A stretch of 64,000 bases of DNA from the NCBI GenBank assembly GCA_965235115.1, contig OZ249437.1:18104001-18168000 (forward strand), in the 5' to 3' direction. The notes under the pieces are model-generated. The model was not told the origin of the DNA and made no database searches. It saw only the letters and a program-made list of their open reading frames with translations. The translations under genes and the position numbers were made by a program. This document shows, in pieces, positions 52,101-63,362 of the stretch; position 1 is the first letter of the stretch, and every line of letters begins with the position of its first letter. The stretch is from Laetmonice hystrix (taxonomy: Eukaryota).

Positions 52101-54955
52101 GCTGTGGTCAACATGTCTACATAGACTTGACGTCAGTGCATTAGATCAAATACATTTGCCTTCATAAATAATTAAAGATATTTTCCCCCGAAATGCTATA
52201 GGCCTCGAGATCTATTCTGAAAATCCAAATACCCGATCATATGTGGCGAATTTACTGATATCATTATGCAGTGATGCTGATTTCAAAAGCGACGTGCATG
52301 CAGGTTTAAATATCATATTTGGACTTCAAATTCATTCAAACATATCAGCGAAATACTTACAAAGACTATACTTCGGGAGTCATTTAATTCTACTTACCAT
52401 AGATCTATGCATGACCCAGAAAAAGGTTTGTTGAAACATGGTTTCCGGTTCTACTCGCGGATGTAAACTTTTAGAAGAGGAGCTAGATGACAAACGATGA
52501 AAAATTGAAACGTTTTGCGGGTAAAAAACGGACTAGGTTGAAAAGAGATCCATCTATATATCTATGCCTCGTTAATATATTAAGAGTCCCTAATGTAAAG
52601 AATATACGACGACATCTTTTCCAGATTTATTTTTTCAGATATAAGACTTTTTACACCATAAACTTCGAAACCAATAAACCGGTAACCAGACTGGGTAACA
52701 ACACTGCCCATGCGCCGTCTCACCGGTTCATAACGAGGTCTTAGGGAGGCCAAAACTAAGATATACCTACATGTGTACATATAGGCATGGGAATATTTCA
52801 ACACTTTGAACAAGTAGGCGGGATTAAATTTATAATCCAGATTACCAGGATGTCTAAGCTTACATTAGGAATCATACATATGCATGCATGGCATGTATTA
52901 TCTAGATTTGATGCTGACTCCAAAACTATACTGCAGGCCATCCAGTGGTATACGACTACCAGGCAGACACCGTATACAGCTGCGGGTGTCACACATATAA
53001 TCAAGTATTTAGCGGGCCGTACGTCCAGTCACCCACCCGTCGATATGGAATCATGTTCCCGAATCGTCGACATCCCGTCTTTAATGACCTTGTCTCATTG
53101 TGTCTGCTGTCAGAGCTGGTTCCCCCGCCGGTTTCAACTGTTGGCGAGCGTTGATAATGTTAACCGTATCAGTGCACAGTCACGGACGTGGACGGCACGT
53201 GTTGTGACGGTCGTCACCGTCATCATCTGCCGTTACTCGGGACAGGTGTGAACGTCATCCTTGGCTGTAATTAGAAATGTGATATTTGGTGTAGTGGTAC
53301 GAACGTCAGGGGGCGCTGTTGCAGCCGTTGTAACCCGATCAACGACTCGGCTAGTGTAATAATTGTAACGTGAGACTACAGGATGGCCACTGCCACTTCG
53401 CCACTGACGTCCTCGTGGCCAAATGACGGGTTTACTTTCATTAAAAAGGAATTGTCCCCCAGGTAAAAAGATTGCGGTTAGCCGACCTTAAATATGAGTC
53501 ACCTCAAAGTGTCACAATATGTATAGGGCATACACAAACAAGTTTAACAAAGAGGTCTGCAATAATGACATATTATACAGAGTGCTTTATTGGTAATCTA
53601 TATAACGTTTGTATTTGTGAAACTCAAGCCATGTGCACAAGGAAAGGCAGTATGATCACATGAGTTGATCAATACCTTCGAATGCTATCCAACTGCACTA
53701 AACTTTTACCCTCGTTACATTACTTAAAACGGTTCCAGAGATTTTACGACACCACCAAACAGTCAAATTATAACAAGCCAGTGAGTTTGCTGCATGCCTG
53801 CACGAGCATCGACAACCTTGGGTTTCCATATCTTTAAACTCAACCCTCTATAAAAGGGTCATAATAGTATAGAACCCCTCCGTATCTACCGTACACATTT
53901 CATTAACATCAGAATCTCTTTTCGCCTTGCCAAACGCTGCACATACACCTCAACAGGTGGAGTAAGGAACCGTCTTTAAAGGAAAGCGAATTGAGCGGAA
54001 GAGCCATTCGAACTCAATTCTGCCGCTGTGCCGCACCCGAATGGTGACCGGGGCCCGGCCCGACCGCAACGACCACGGCTGTGAAAGGAGCATCATCAAT
54101 TCAGCGGCGAGTTGCATTTTGTTCTCGCAAAGTCGGTGTCTCTACAAAGGGAAATGTAAGAACAAGGAAGAGTCATTGACAACATATCATTGGTGTTAAC
54201 AAGGCTGTAGCACAGTGCTGACACGGTGCTGTGTTTTGAGGCGTCAATCGTTAAAGGACCAATTGAGGCGTGTTTAAAAGCGCAGACAATGCGGGCAGAC
54301 AGGCCTGGCGCGCAACCAATGACGTCTTCATTTAAGTCTCCTCTGCACCATCCTAAATTAGTTCTGTCCTGTCCTTGTGGTCCAGACAACTCATTTCGTG
54401 ATTCACTTAATGTAAGGGTATATGGACCTCGTTTTATAATGTAGAATTATGTGTATGCGCGTATATTGAATACATTTTTGCATCAGCTATAAGTCCAGAT
54501 GGCCATTTTATTAGGTTCGCAGGGGTGGTTAATTGGCACATTAACCAGTAGAAACGTTTTACTCATTATATTTATGAGTGTACTATCTCATAAAAGATTT
54601 ATTTTTCAACTCGATACGAATGGACCTTTTTCTTGTGAAGGAGGGAGGGAAAGTCATTGACAGAATGTTGTCTTTGACTCGTATACATCAGTCGGGGGGG
54701 GGGGGGGGGGGGTCATGGTTCATGGGCGCAAAGGGGGGTTGATGGGCGTATAGAGAACTGATTTTTAAAAGTTCAGGCTGCCATATCTTGACCCATCCTC
54801 AACATCCGGGCAATCCAAGACGTTGAACTGATGACGTCAGTTGTGTCTGTGTGTAAGTGTGAATAAAACGATCTTTTGTATAATAAATGGGAAATAAGGT
54901 GAAACATTTTCTATTAACCCATATTGTCTCCATCATGGATGGATACAATTAAAAG

Positions 54956-55015
54956 GAGAGAGAGAAGGAGGGAGAGAGAGAGGGGAGAGAGCGAAGGAGA
55001 AGGAGAGGGAGAGAT

Positions 55016-55060
<45 letters not shown>
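54956..55060. repeat. (GA)n microsatellite
   Basis: Purine tract ending in about 20 GA units. Confidence 0.95.
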
Positions 55061-55063
<3 letters not shown>

Positions 55064-56092
55064 TGTAAAGTCGTGATTTACTGCATGGCTATACTGTAAG
55101 AAATGTATAGGCCTATCCTGTCTATTCTCCGACATGTCTACATGATGAATGGTGGTGGTATCAAGGTTTCGGGATATAAAGCACACTTTGTTATTATGGA
55201 TAACGGCCCGATAATATAATATATTAAGCCAGATTGACGAAGAAAATGTTAAACCTATACCCGAACAGTTCCAACAAGTTCTAGATGTGGGCGGGTACAG
55301 AATGAAATGACGAGCCCGTGTCTACAAAATCCACATCCGCTACATACCGGAAGTAATCAGTTAGAAATTATGTCTTTTGTTAAAACCCAGAAACATACGG
55401 TTTTCACTCCAATACGCTCGGTTTACGTAAAGGAGGGCGGCAGTGTCATACCTTGTAAAGGGACTTTCCCACGACTGCGGCCCAGCCCCCTCACACCCAT
55501 ACCTGGCTTCAATTCGTAGATCTGTATGGGTAGGCGGCGGTGTATACGGAGATCAAAGGTATATGTTGCCGTGGTGGCCGACACAAGGCTCCATGGAGGA
55601 GTTAGTTGACCGTGGATGGTGAGGGGCGTGCCGAGGGTGTGCCGGCCCGTCCCCGGCCCCGGCCCCAGCCCCGGCCCGGTGTCTGCCCGGCCGGCCGCTG
55701 GCCCACCGTCCCCCCCTCCCCCCAGTGTTTGTCACAGGTGACGGGCTCCTTGTCAACCTGATGGACGGCCTAAATTGAGATGACAGAGATGACATTCATC
55801 TTGCAGGTCAATTGCCTCTCTTAAGGATGTGGCAGTGTCTGTATATAGATGTGAAACTAAAGATGGGCTGGGGATGTGGCAGTGTCTGCATATAGATGTG
55901 AAACTAAAGATGGGGCCGGACTGGTCGGGATGGGGCCTGGGTCTCTGGGGACAACTTGATGAGCCGATATGATCGGTATACATATATCCAAACGTCGCTG
56001 GTATAATAATTACAGGGTATATTATATATCCATCAGTATTTGGTTAATGCCCCTAATGTAGCAAAGCGCAGCAGCATGCATGGACTCCTTAA

Positions 56093-56259
56093 GGGTGCGT
56101 TTCAATATCAAAAGATATCTTTGCCAAAGATATCTTTGCCAAAGATATCTTTTGGACTAGTGCAGTCTGGATGGGGGAGAGCGAGTGTTTCAATAAAAAC
56201 CTCACACCTGGCTCCAGCGAGGTTTTCAAAGATATCTTTGGGCTATATTGAAACACACC
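56093..56259. mobile_element. PIF/Harbinger-type MITE
   Basis: TAA|GGGTGCGTTTCAATA ... TATTGAAACACACC|TAA: 14-bp TIR with 1 mismatch and a 3-bp TAA duplication. Four internal copies of the palindrome AAAGATATCTTT. Confidence 0.8.
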
Positions 56260-58153
56260 TAAATATTGGTTGAAAAGCAACCTCTTCGACCAGCTGCATG
56301 GCTATTCCTTTAACAGTAATTACTTTTACTTCTCCTTTTTTTAATTAAAATTTAAATGATATATACATGAGCGCCTGATAGGATCTTACCACACATACTG
56401 GGTATATATTCTTGGGTATAATATACTTTAAAATGATACATGTAGCAGCTATAGGATTTCAATAATCGTATTTTACTCTACACTAAGAAACAACATGCTA
56501 AAATCGCATGGCTTCGATTGAAGAATTTCGCAAATACGGTACTTGATCATACGGTACGGCTGTGAAAAAAGGGTTAATCGCTTCCAGATACAAATGCTTA
56601 TCATAAAACATTTTTGTCGTAGATGTCTCTACCGCATTGTGCAGAACCATACCATCTTAATATACTTCTGTTTTATACGAAAGGCGCAAAGTTCTGCATG
56701 CAAACAGTATAAAACGGCAAACGGCAAAAGTTCTTTAATTAACTTTACTTCAGATGACCTGAAATACAAAAATTTAAAAAAAAAATTGTTACACATGTAT
56801 TTATCAAAACATCATAATAGAATTCAAATATTCTCGCCCCACGATTCCTGTTTCAAACTCGATAATTTATCACATTAGATAGTTTTTTTTTTAATGTAAT
56901 TTGTTAAAGTTTTAAGGTGTTTTGTTGAGCCTGAAGACTGTTAAAGGTGCACCTCGTATACCACTTCTCAACAGGGTGCACCGTTGCCCAGGCACGGGTC
57001 CAGCCAATCGATTTTAACTTCTATAGCGTCTTCAAGTAGGACGCGCCTTGATAGGCGTCCGTTAAATAGAGCTAATTGACTTTCCATCAATTTAATGTAC
57101 CAGATTGTGGAGCCTCTGAAGGAATAATGATATGAAGCGACTTGAAGAGTCAGTAATTAGCATAACCGGCCTGGTCAAGGCCACATAATTAGCCCTCGTT
57201 TGGAAGGATATTCTGAGGATGCCTAGGTGTCTTTCCATTGTCAGGGGACACCTTGCAAAAATAGCTAAAATGGCATTAGTAACCCTAGGTATCTGTCTCA
57301 CTGCTGTATAATTTATAAACACGTCAGGAATGTCAGGCCAAAGTTTTAGGTGAAATATTAACAACATTATACGATCGGTCAGATGAAAAAAAGGAAAAAA
57401 GGTCAAATGTGCTTAGGGCTGCATGTCAATTCCCCCTTCCTTTCTCCTGCAGATAGATTCATTAATGTCACAGGCCAAGCTACAAGTAACGACCAATCAC
57501 TTTGTGTGGTGAAAACTTTGCCCTCGCCGTATGTAAGCGAGCTGCCTGGGGGATGTCCACGGGTATAAGTTTGTGGTGGCTGAGACTGACATTGGTCAAC
57601 CAGGCACGGCCGGGGTTACCTCAGGGTCTTGGTACAGGGAACATTTATAACCCAATATAGGACTCAACCTCAATTAGGACATGTGTTTATAAATGTAAGG
57701 GTTGACAACATCTCCCAGTTATACGCTGACCCGAGTCCATTAAGTAATGACTTTATCCACGAACACGGCACAGCTTGTAATCCGATCTCATCCGGGATAT
57801 TTCCATTTTGATTTCTAGTATGATTGTACGGAGGCAATCAGCCGAATAACAAAATCTGCTTATCAACCCGTGGTAAATACGAGTGATCTTCTAAAGTAAA
57901 CTATCATGACCTCTACACCCAGAACCCATGCAAGCTTTACTCCCTCCTCCCGAGAACATGCTGCCATTCCTGTTGGTCCTTATAAATTCTGATGAATATA
58001 ATAGTTACATTAGTATTGGCCTCTCTCTCTGGCTGTCTGTCTCTGTCTGTCTCTATCTCTCTGTCGTTGGCTGTCTGTCTCTGTCTCTATCGCTCTGTTT
58101 CTGTCTACCTCTGGCTGACTGTGTCTGTCTCTATATCTCTGTTTCGCTCTGTC

Positions 58154-58329
58154 NNNNNNNNNNNNNNNNNNNNNNNNNNNNNNNNNNNNNNNNNNNNNNN
58201 NNNNNNNNNNNNNNNNNNNNNNNNNNNNNNNNNNNNNNNNNNNNNNNNNNNNNNNNNNNNNNNNNNNNNNNNNNNNNNNNNNNNNNNNNNNNNNNNNNNN
58301 NNNNNNNNNNNNNNNNNNNNNNNNNNNNN
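58154..58329. other. Assembly gap (176 N) following a CT/TCTG microsatellite at 58020-58153
   Basis: Run of n characters. Confidence 1.
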
Positions 58330-59079
58330 GTGGTTCTCTCTGGTGAGGGGCAGGATCGGGAGCTGTGCTGTTATCTGACCATTTATGATATTGGCTCACT
58401 GCTGTGTGGCTTTATTACGGCCATCGATCAGCCAGGACCCTGGCTACCCGGCCCCCTGACCGATGTTATCAGGGGGGGCAGCCCCCTTCCCCCCCCCCCC
58501 ACCAACCGCTCGGCTCGTACGGTGAGGGATGCCACAAAGTAGGCACACTGAAAGCACCAATTTCACCTACTTTGTCTTCGTAATAGATAGTTTCCATTTG
58601 CCTTGATTGTATCGCTTGCAACACGAGCAAAGATCGAGGAATCGGCGACCTTGTTTAGGCAGCGTGCAACTCTCCTGACATATGGTGACTTATGGCAGAC
58701 CTTAGAGTGCACCGACTAACGGCCCGGTCTGCCGGCGAACTCGGACACTTATCGCGACAGTTCGCGATGCGCGATGCGAAAACGGACAGTAAAGTTCGTG
58801 GATGTTCATTTTGCAAAATTAGTGTAGCTCTATATATTAGTTAATAGTGACACTTATTTGGGGTTTGTTTTTGAATCCTTTCTGGACTATGAGCCTGTAC
58901 TTCTAAAGAACAGTTTTCCAGTTTTACACATAAATGACTTTATTGTTAACGAAACTCCGCCCTCACCCCAAAAGAACGAGTGGAAAGCCACAGCCATATA
59001 GATCTAATGTCTTAACTTGAGACCCCAAAAAAACATTAAACCCTGCTTGAAATGTGCGGCGACTCAGGGTAATATCGTT

Positions 59080-59217
59080 TGGTGAAGGAAGACCCTCGCG
59101 GGGTAAAGTCCCGCCGGTGAAGGAAGACCCTCGCGGGGTAAAGTCCTGCCGGTGAAGGAACGCCCTCGCGGGGTAAAGTCCCGCCGGTGAAGGAACGCCC
59201 TCGCGGGGTAAAGTAAC
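59080..59217. repeat. 35-bp GC-rich minisatellite, about 4 copies
   Basis: Unit ggtgaaggaagaccctcgcggggtaaagtcccgcc. Confidence 0.93.
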
Positions 59218-59240
59218 GGGACTCGGCCCGCGATGCCCGC

Positions 59241-59313
59241 GATGCCTGGCGCATGAATACGGCACTCCATACGGCACTCCACCGTATCGTGCCGTATTTA
59301 TGCGCCAGGCATC
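59241..59313 (+). other. Long hairpin, pre-miRNA-sized inverted repeat
   Basis: GATGCCTGGCGCATGAATACGGCAC (59241-59265) pairs with GTGCCGTATTTATGCGCCAGGCATC (59289-59313): 24 Watson-Crick pairs plus 1 G-U. An inner 6-bp stem ATACGG/CCGTAT closes a 7-nt loop. Confidence 0.6.
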
Positions 59314-59604
59314 TCGTTCCATACTTTCCCGCAGTGAAGGGCCCTCATCCCGTTACGTTTTTTTTTCTATATACAAAAAAATGAAAAAAACCCTAAATAC
59401 CGAATTTCTTTCCTAAAAGGATACGTGTCTACGAAAGGTAATCGGCATGAATTGGTATACTTCTTAATATTCGCAACGGCTCTGGCCTAATAAAGGTAGT
59501 ACTAAATCCATGCAAGACATAGGGCCTATAGATACGGGCGGGCAGTGTGACGGAGTGTCGGGGTCAGCGGACCACGACCAATGTCTCCACGGATCAGCCG
59601 GCAG

Positions 59605-59868
59605 GGAGTGTGTGTGAATGGTAGCCGGTGGGGTGTGTGAATGGTAGGTGTGTGTGAATAATAGGTGTGTGTGACTGGTAGCCGGTGGGGTGTGTGAATG
59701 GTAGGTGTGTGTGAATGGTAGCCGGTGGGGTGTGTGAATGGTAGGTGTGTGAATGGTAGGGGTGTGTGACTGGTAGGTGTGTGTGAATGGTAGCCGGTGA
59801 GGTGTGTGAATGGTAGGTGTGTGAATAGTAGGTGTATGTAACTGGTAGGTGTGTGTGACTGGTAGGTG
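59605..59868. repeat. Degenerate GTGTGTGAATGGTAG repeat
   Basis: gtgtgtgaatggtaggt / gtagccggtgggg units. Confidence 0.9.
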
Positions 59869-60785
59869 CGGACCCCAGTAATCAGACGGACCAGAATCTC
59901 TATTCTCTCTGTAAACCGATTGCTGGGATCAAAGACAGACCGCCAACGATGAGGCGACCTCCTGTCCTATACAGCATATAGTTATCATGGGTCTTGCTCT
60001 AAATCTCGCCAGAACACTGAAGACGCAGCCTATAGTCTCTCCGTTACGCCATTACTGTTACACAAAGCTATCAGCTATCACCGACCACTGTTGTCATACT
60101 GTCCAAAGGTCAGAGCGATTGTGTCAGGACCCGAAATAGATACATTATAGGCTCAGATCCACTCAAACAATTTACCTTCAGACGTCCTTGAAGTTTGAAA
60201 GTTGGAAGGTTGGAGTTTCCATGCCTTTCATCCCTGATTCTGAAAACTGGTGCTGATAAAATTGAGTGAAGGAAGCAGTTTTATGGTAACTGCATGGACG
60301 ATACTGGGGACATCGTTGAAGTGCATAATGAGCGTGAGCGTGCCCCCCACCCCAACAACAAAAACAAACAAGCTACAATATCTTTGACGTTAGGTGAATT
60401 GTTTTATCCAATTAAGGCAGTTTCTCGCTCAGTACTCAAGGTAGGAACGGGTGCGGACAGCGCTGTACTCACACTCAAACCTCATAACTTAGTGTAGGTG
60501 ATCATCGATTTTCAAAAAAAAAGAAAAAAAAAAAAGAAAAAAAGAGAAGGATGTGCAGTTGTGAGAAGTCATTCTATGGATTGGGGGCACAATGTCTTTT
60601 CGTTCACCCACATTCTGACAGTCATTTCAAATGTAGTGGGGAAAATCGATGGAGGCGATTTTCCTAGGCGTCCTTTCGATTTTGAGGTTATCTCTCATTC
60701 CACTGAGATTTCGAGTTTAAAGGGTGAAACTCGTTTTATATATACAACATGTATAGCGACAGTCTCGTCAGTTAAACCATGCTCG

Positions 60786-60799
60786 CAGCCACCTAGTGG
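60786..60799 (-). promoter_or_regulatory. CTCF-like motif
   Basis: Reverse complement CCACTAGGTGGCTG, 13/14 match to CCRCYAGRKGGCRS. Confidence 0.5.
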
Positions 60800-62019
60800 T
60801 ATATTGGATAACTAAGACCATCCCATGTTGTAGCATAGGAACTGACGTCTATAAATAGCGCATCGACCGTTAGGATGCCCCCCCCCCCCTCCCAAATCGC
60901 ACAATGCTGAAGGATGAGTCGCTTTAAGAACAAGGGACGGACAGCCTGCAAAAGTTACAGATTAAATTCCACCTATAAATAAAAAAGGGAAATAATCAAC
61001 GGACGCCCTGGAGATTATCCATGCGACATCCATGCAATTTTTGCTATAAAAGTAGAATTTCACTGCGTAACTTTTTGCCAGATTCTTGCTGTAGACGCGC
61101 GGCGTTCTTCATGAGACAGTCGACTCTGTCTCCTGATGTCACGGTGAGGACACTGCCAATGGTCACTCTAATCACTGGTCTGATCTCGGACAGCTTGTAA
61201 GATAAATGGGTCGGATGAAGACCAGGGCAGCGGCATCCATGGCTCTGTGGGCTAATGGCAGCTGTGACCCATCGGTGCTGAAAGGGGCAAGTCCCGCCTC
61301 AGTGGGCCTGTAGGATCGCCCATATCTGACAGTCAGTCCGCTTGATGAGTCCGCCGACAAGGAACGACAGAAGGAAGGATGGAGGAAGATGGCGGGCGCC
61401 AGTTTGAATAGGTTACCCATGGTGACGCCTCCACCAAATCTGGGGGTAAAAAGGAAATATAGAACATAATGATAGAGGCCCATACTTTTCGGGGTGGGGT
61501 GTGGGCGTGTGTGCGTGGTCTGAAACTGGACCGTTGCGAGTGAGGATACAAGCGCCGTAGCCTATACGTGCAACGAGTTGGGTCGAGGGCCCGCTTCCTT
61601 TAATTAAAAGACAGAACAAAAACAGTTTCCCTCAATGAATTTATCACCTATTCATTTATTTAGGAGGGAGGCCTTTGTCTTTTCATATCGGTAGTCTTAT
61701 GCCATGAATTTGGAACTTTGGTGGCTCAGGGGTGGGGGTGGGGGGTGGGGTGGGGTGGGGGGGGGGGGCTGGTGCGTACGCACCCTTCACACACCGGTAT
61801 ATCGCCCATGATAACTTAAACCCCACGAAATTTGGTGGAAAGTAAAGATCCATGGCCCTGACCTTATCCCTAACCCCTAACCCCAGTCCCTACACCTCCC
61901 AAAAACATATCCATGCCCAAACATTTCGTGGAATGTTATCATGGGGGAAGAACCTCACACACCCCATGTGTACGGGCTTGCGTTACTCCGGAACCAAACG
62001 TACTTCTATCTCCCACTTT

Positions 62020-62496
62020 CGGTCCACCAAAACTCCCTAAAACTCACCCGTGTCCCTAGCCTTGTCTCTAAACCTAACGACTTACGGTCCACTAAAACTC
62101 AGCCGTGTCCCTAACCGTGTCTCTAACCCTAACCACTTCCGGTCCACTAAAACTCAGCCGTGTCCCTAACCGTGTCTCTAGCCCTAACCACTTCCGGTCC
62201 ACTAAAACTCATCCGTGTCCCTAACCGTGTCTCTAACCCTAACCACTTCCGGTCCACTAAAACTCACCCGTGTTCCTAACCTTGACCCTAAACCTAACCA
62301 CTTCCGGTCCACTAAAACTCACCCGTGTCCCTAACCTTGTCTCTAACCCTAACCACTTCCGGTCCCCTAAAACTCACCCGTGTCCCTAACCTCGTCTCTA
62401 ACCCTAACCACTTCCGGTCCACTGAAACGCACCCGTGCCCCTAACCTTGACCCTAAACCTAACCACTTCCGGTCCACGAAAACTCACCCATGTCCC
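62020..62496. repeat. 55-bp satellite with CCCTAA motifs, block 1 (about 8.5 copies)
   Basis: Unit cacttccggtccactaaaactcacccgtgtccctaaccttgtctctaaccctaac. cttccgg recurs every 55 bp (62136, 62191, 62246, 62301, 62356, 62411, 62466). Confidence 0.95.
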
Positions 62497-62569
62497 CAGA
62501 CTGGGGCGCCGTCTCTCGCGGCCTCGCGGCAAATGAGAGACTGGGAGGATTTCTGCTTATGGGTTGTTA

Positions 62570-62583
62570 CCGCCAGGTGGCAG
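62570..62583 (+). promoter_or_regulatory. CTCF motif, exact consensus
   Basis: CCGCCAGGTGGCAG. Confidence 0.55.
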
Positions 62584-62803
62584 GATGGAATTTAGACCGG
62601 AAACAGTCCAGTCGTCGATCCACGAATGTAAACAAACATGATCCTACGTAATGTAGCAAGGAATTACATTATTTATCGTGTAAGTTATGAGCTCTAACCT
62701 ATATAGCATTATACCGATATGGGAAATGACTGTTAAATATCAAAAAGTACTTTGAAAGAGGCTTTGAAAATTCGAATCGACAGAGCGATCAAGCGGGTCA
62801 CGA

Positions 62804-62817
62804 GCGCCACCTAGCGG
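62804..62817 (-). promoter_or_regulatory. CTCF motif, exact consensus
   Basis: Reverse complement CCGCTAGGTGGCGC. Confidence 0.55.
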
Positions 62818-63008
62818 ATTTTTTATGCATACGCTGTATACGGGCCTGCTGCATAGCAGCTGGCCGCTGTCACAACTGGCGCGGGTTGGACTTTCAAACT
62901 GTTCCTCCTTCAAATTATATGACAACTTCATTAAATCCTTCGCAGATTTCACAGCATCCGCCTCCATCTTGATCCAATTTTTGAATCGCGCGAGTGCGTC
63001 CAAGTGCG

Positions 63009-63157
63009 CAGCCTTGATCATCACGCCCTCTGGTGGCATACGCAATGCATTGTGGGGCCGCCAAGATTCTGGCGTGGGCCGTCACAACTCGCAAACAGAA
63101 ACTGGCCAAGGCCCTCTTGTCTGCGTATGCCGGCAGAGGGCGTGATGATCAAGACTG
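63009..63157. mobile_element. 149-bp fold-back element with 36-bp terminal inverted repeats
   Basis: 63009-63044 versus the reverse complement of 63122-63157 match at 33/36. Termini CAG...CTG. No TSD at its own ends. Confidence 0.65.
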
Positions 63158-63362
63158 CCGTGTCCCTAACCTCGTCTCTAACCCTAACCACTTCCGATCC
63201 ACTAAAACTCACCCGTGTCCCTAACCTTGACCCTAAACCTAACCACTTCCGGTCCACTAAAACTCACCCGTGTCCCTAACCTTGACCCTAACCCTAACCA
63301 CTTCCGGTCCACTAAAACCCACCCGTGTCCTTAACCTTGACCCTAACCCTAACCACTTCCGG
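63158..63362. repeat. 55-bp satellite with CCCTAA motifs, block 2 (about 4 copies)
   Basis: Same unit, with cttcc at 63191, 63246, 63301 and 63356. Confidence 0.95.

Noticed and set aside
57928-58542. ORFs spanning X residues
   Set aside because: Artefacts of the assembly gap and the CT microsatellite.
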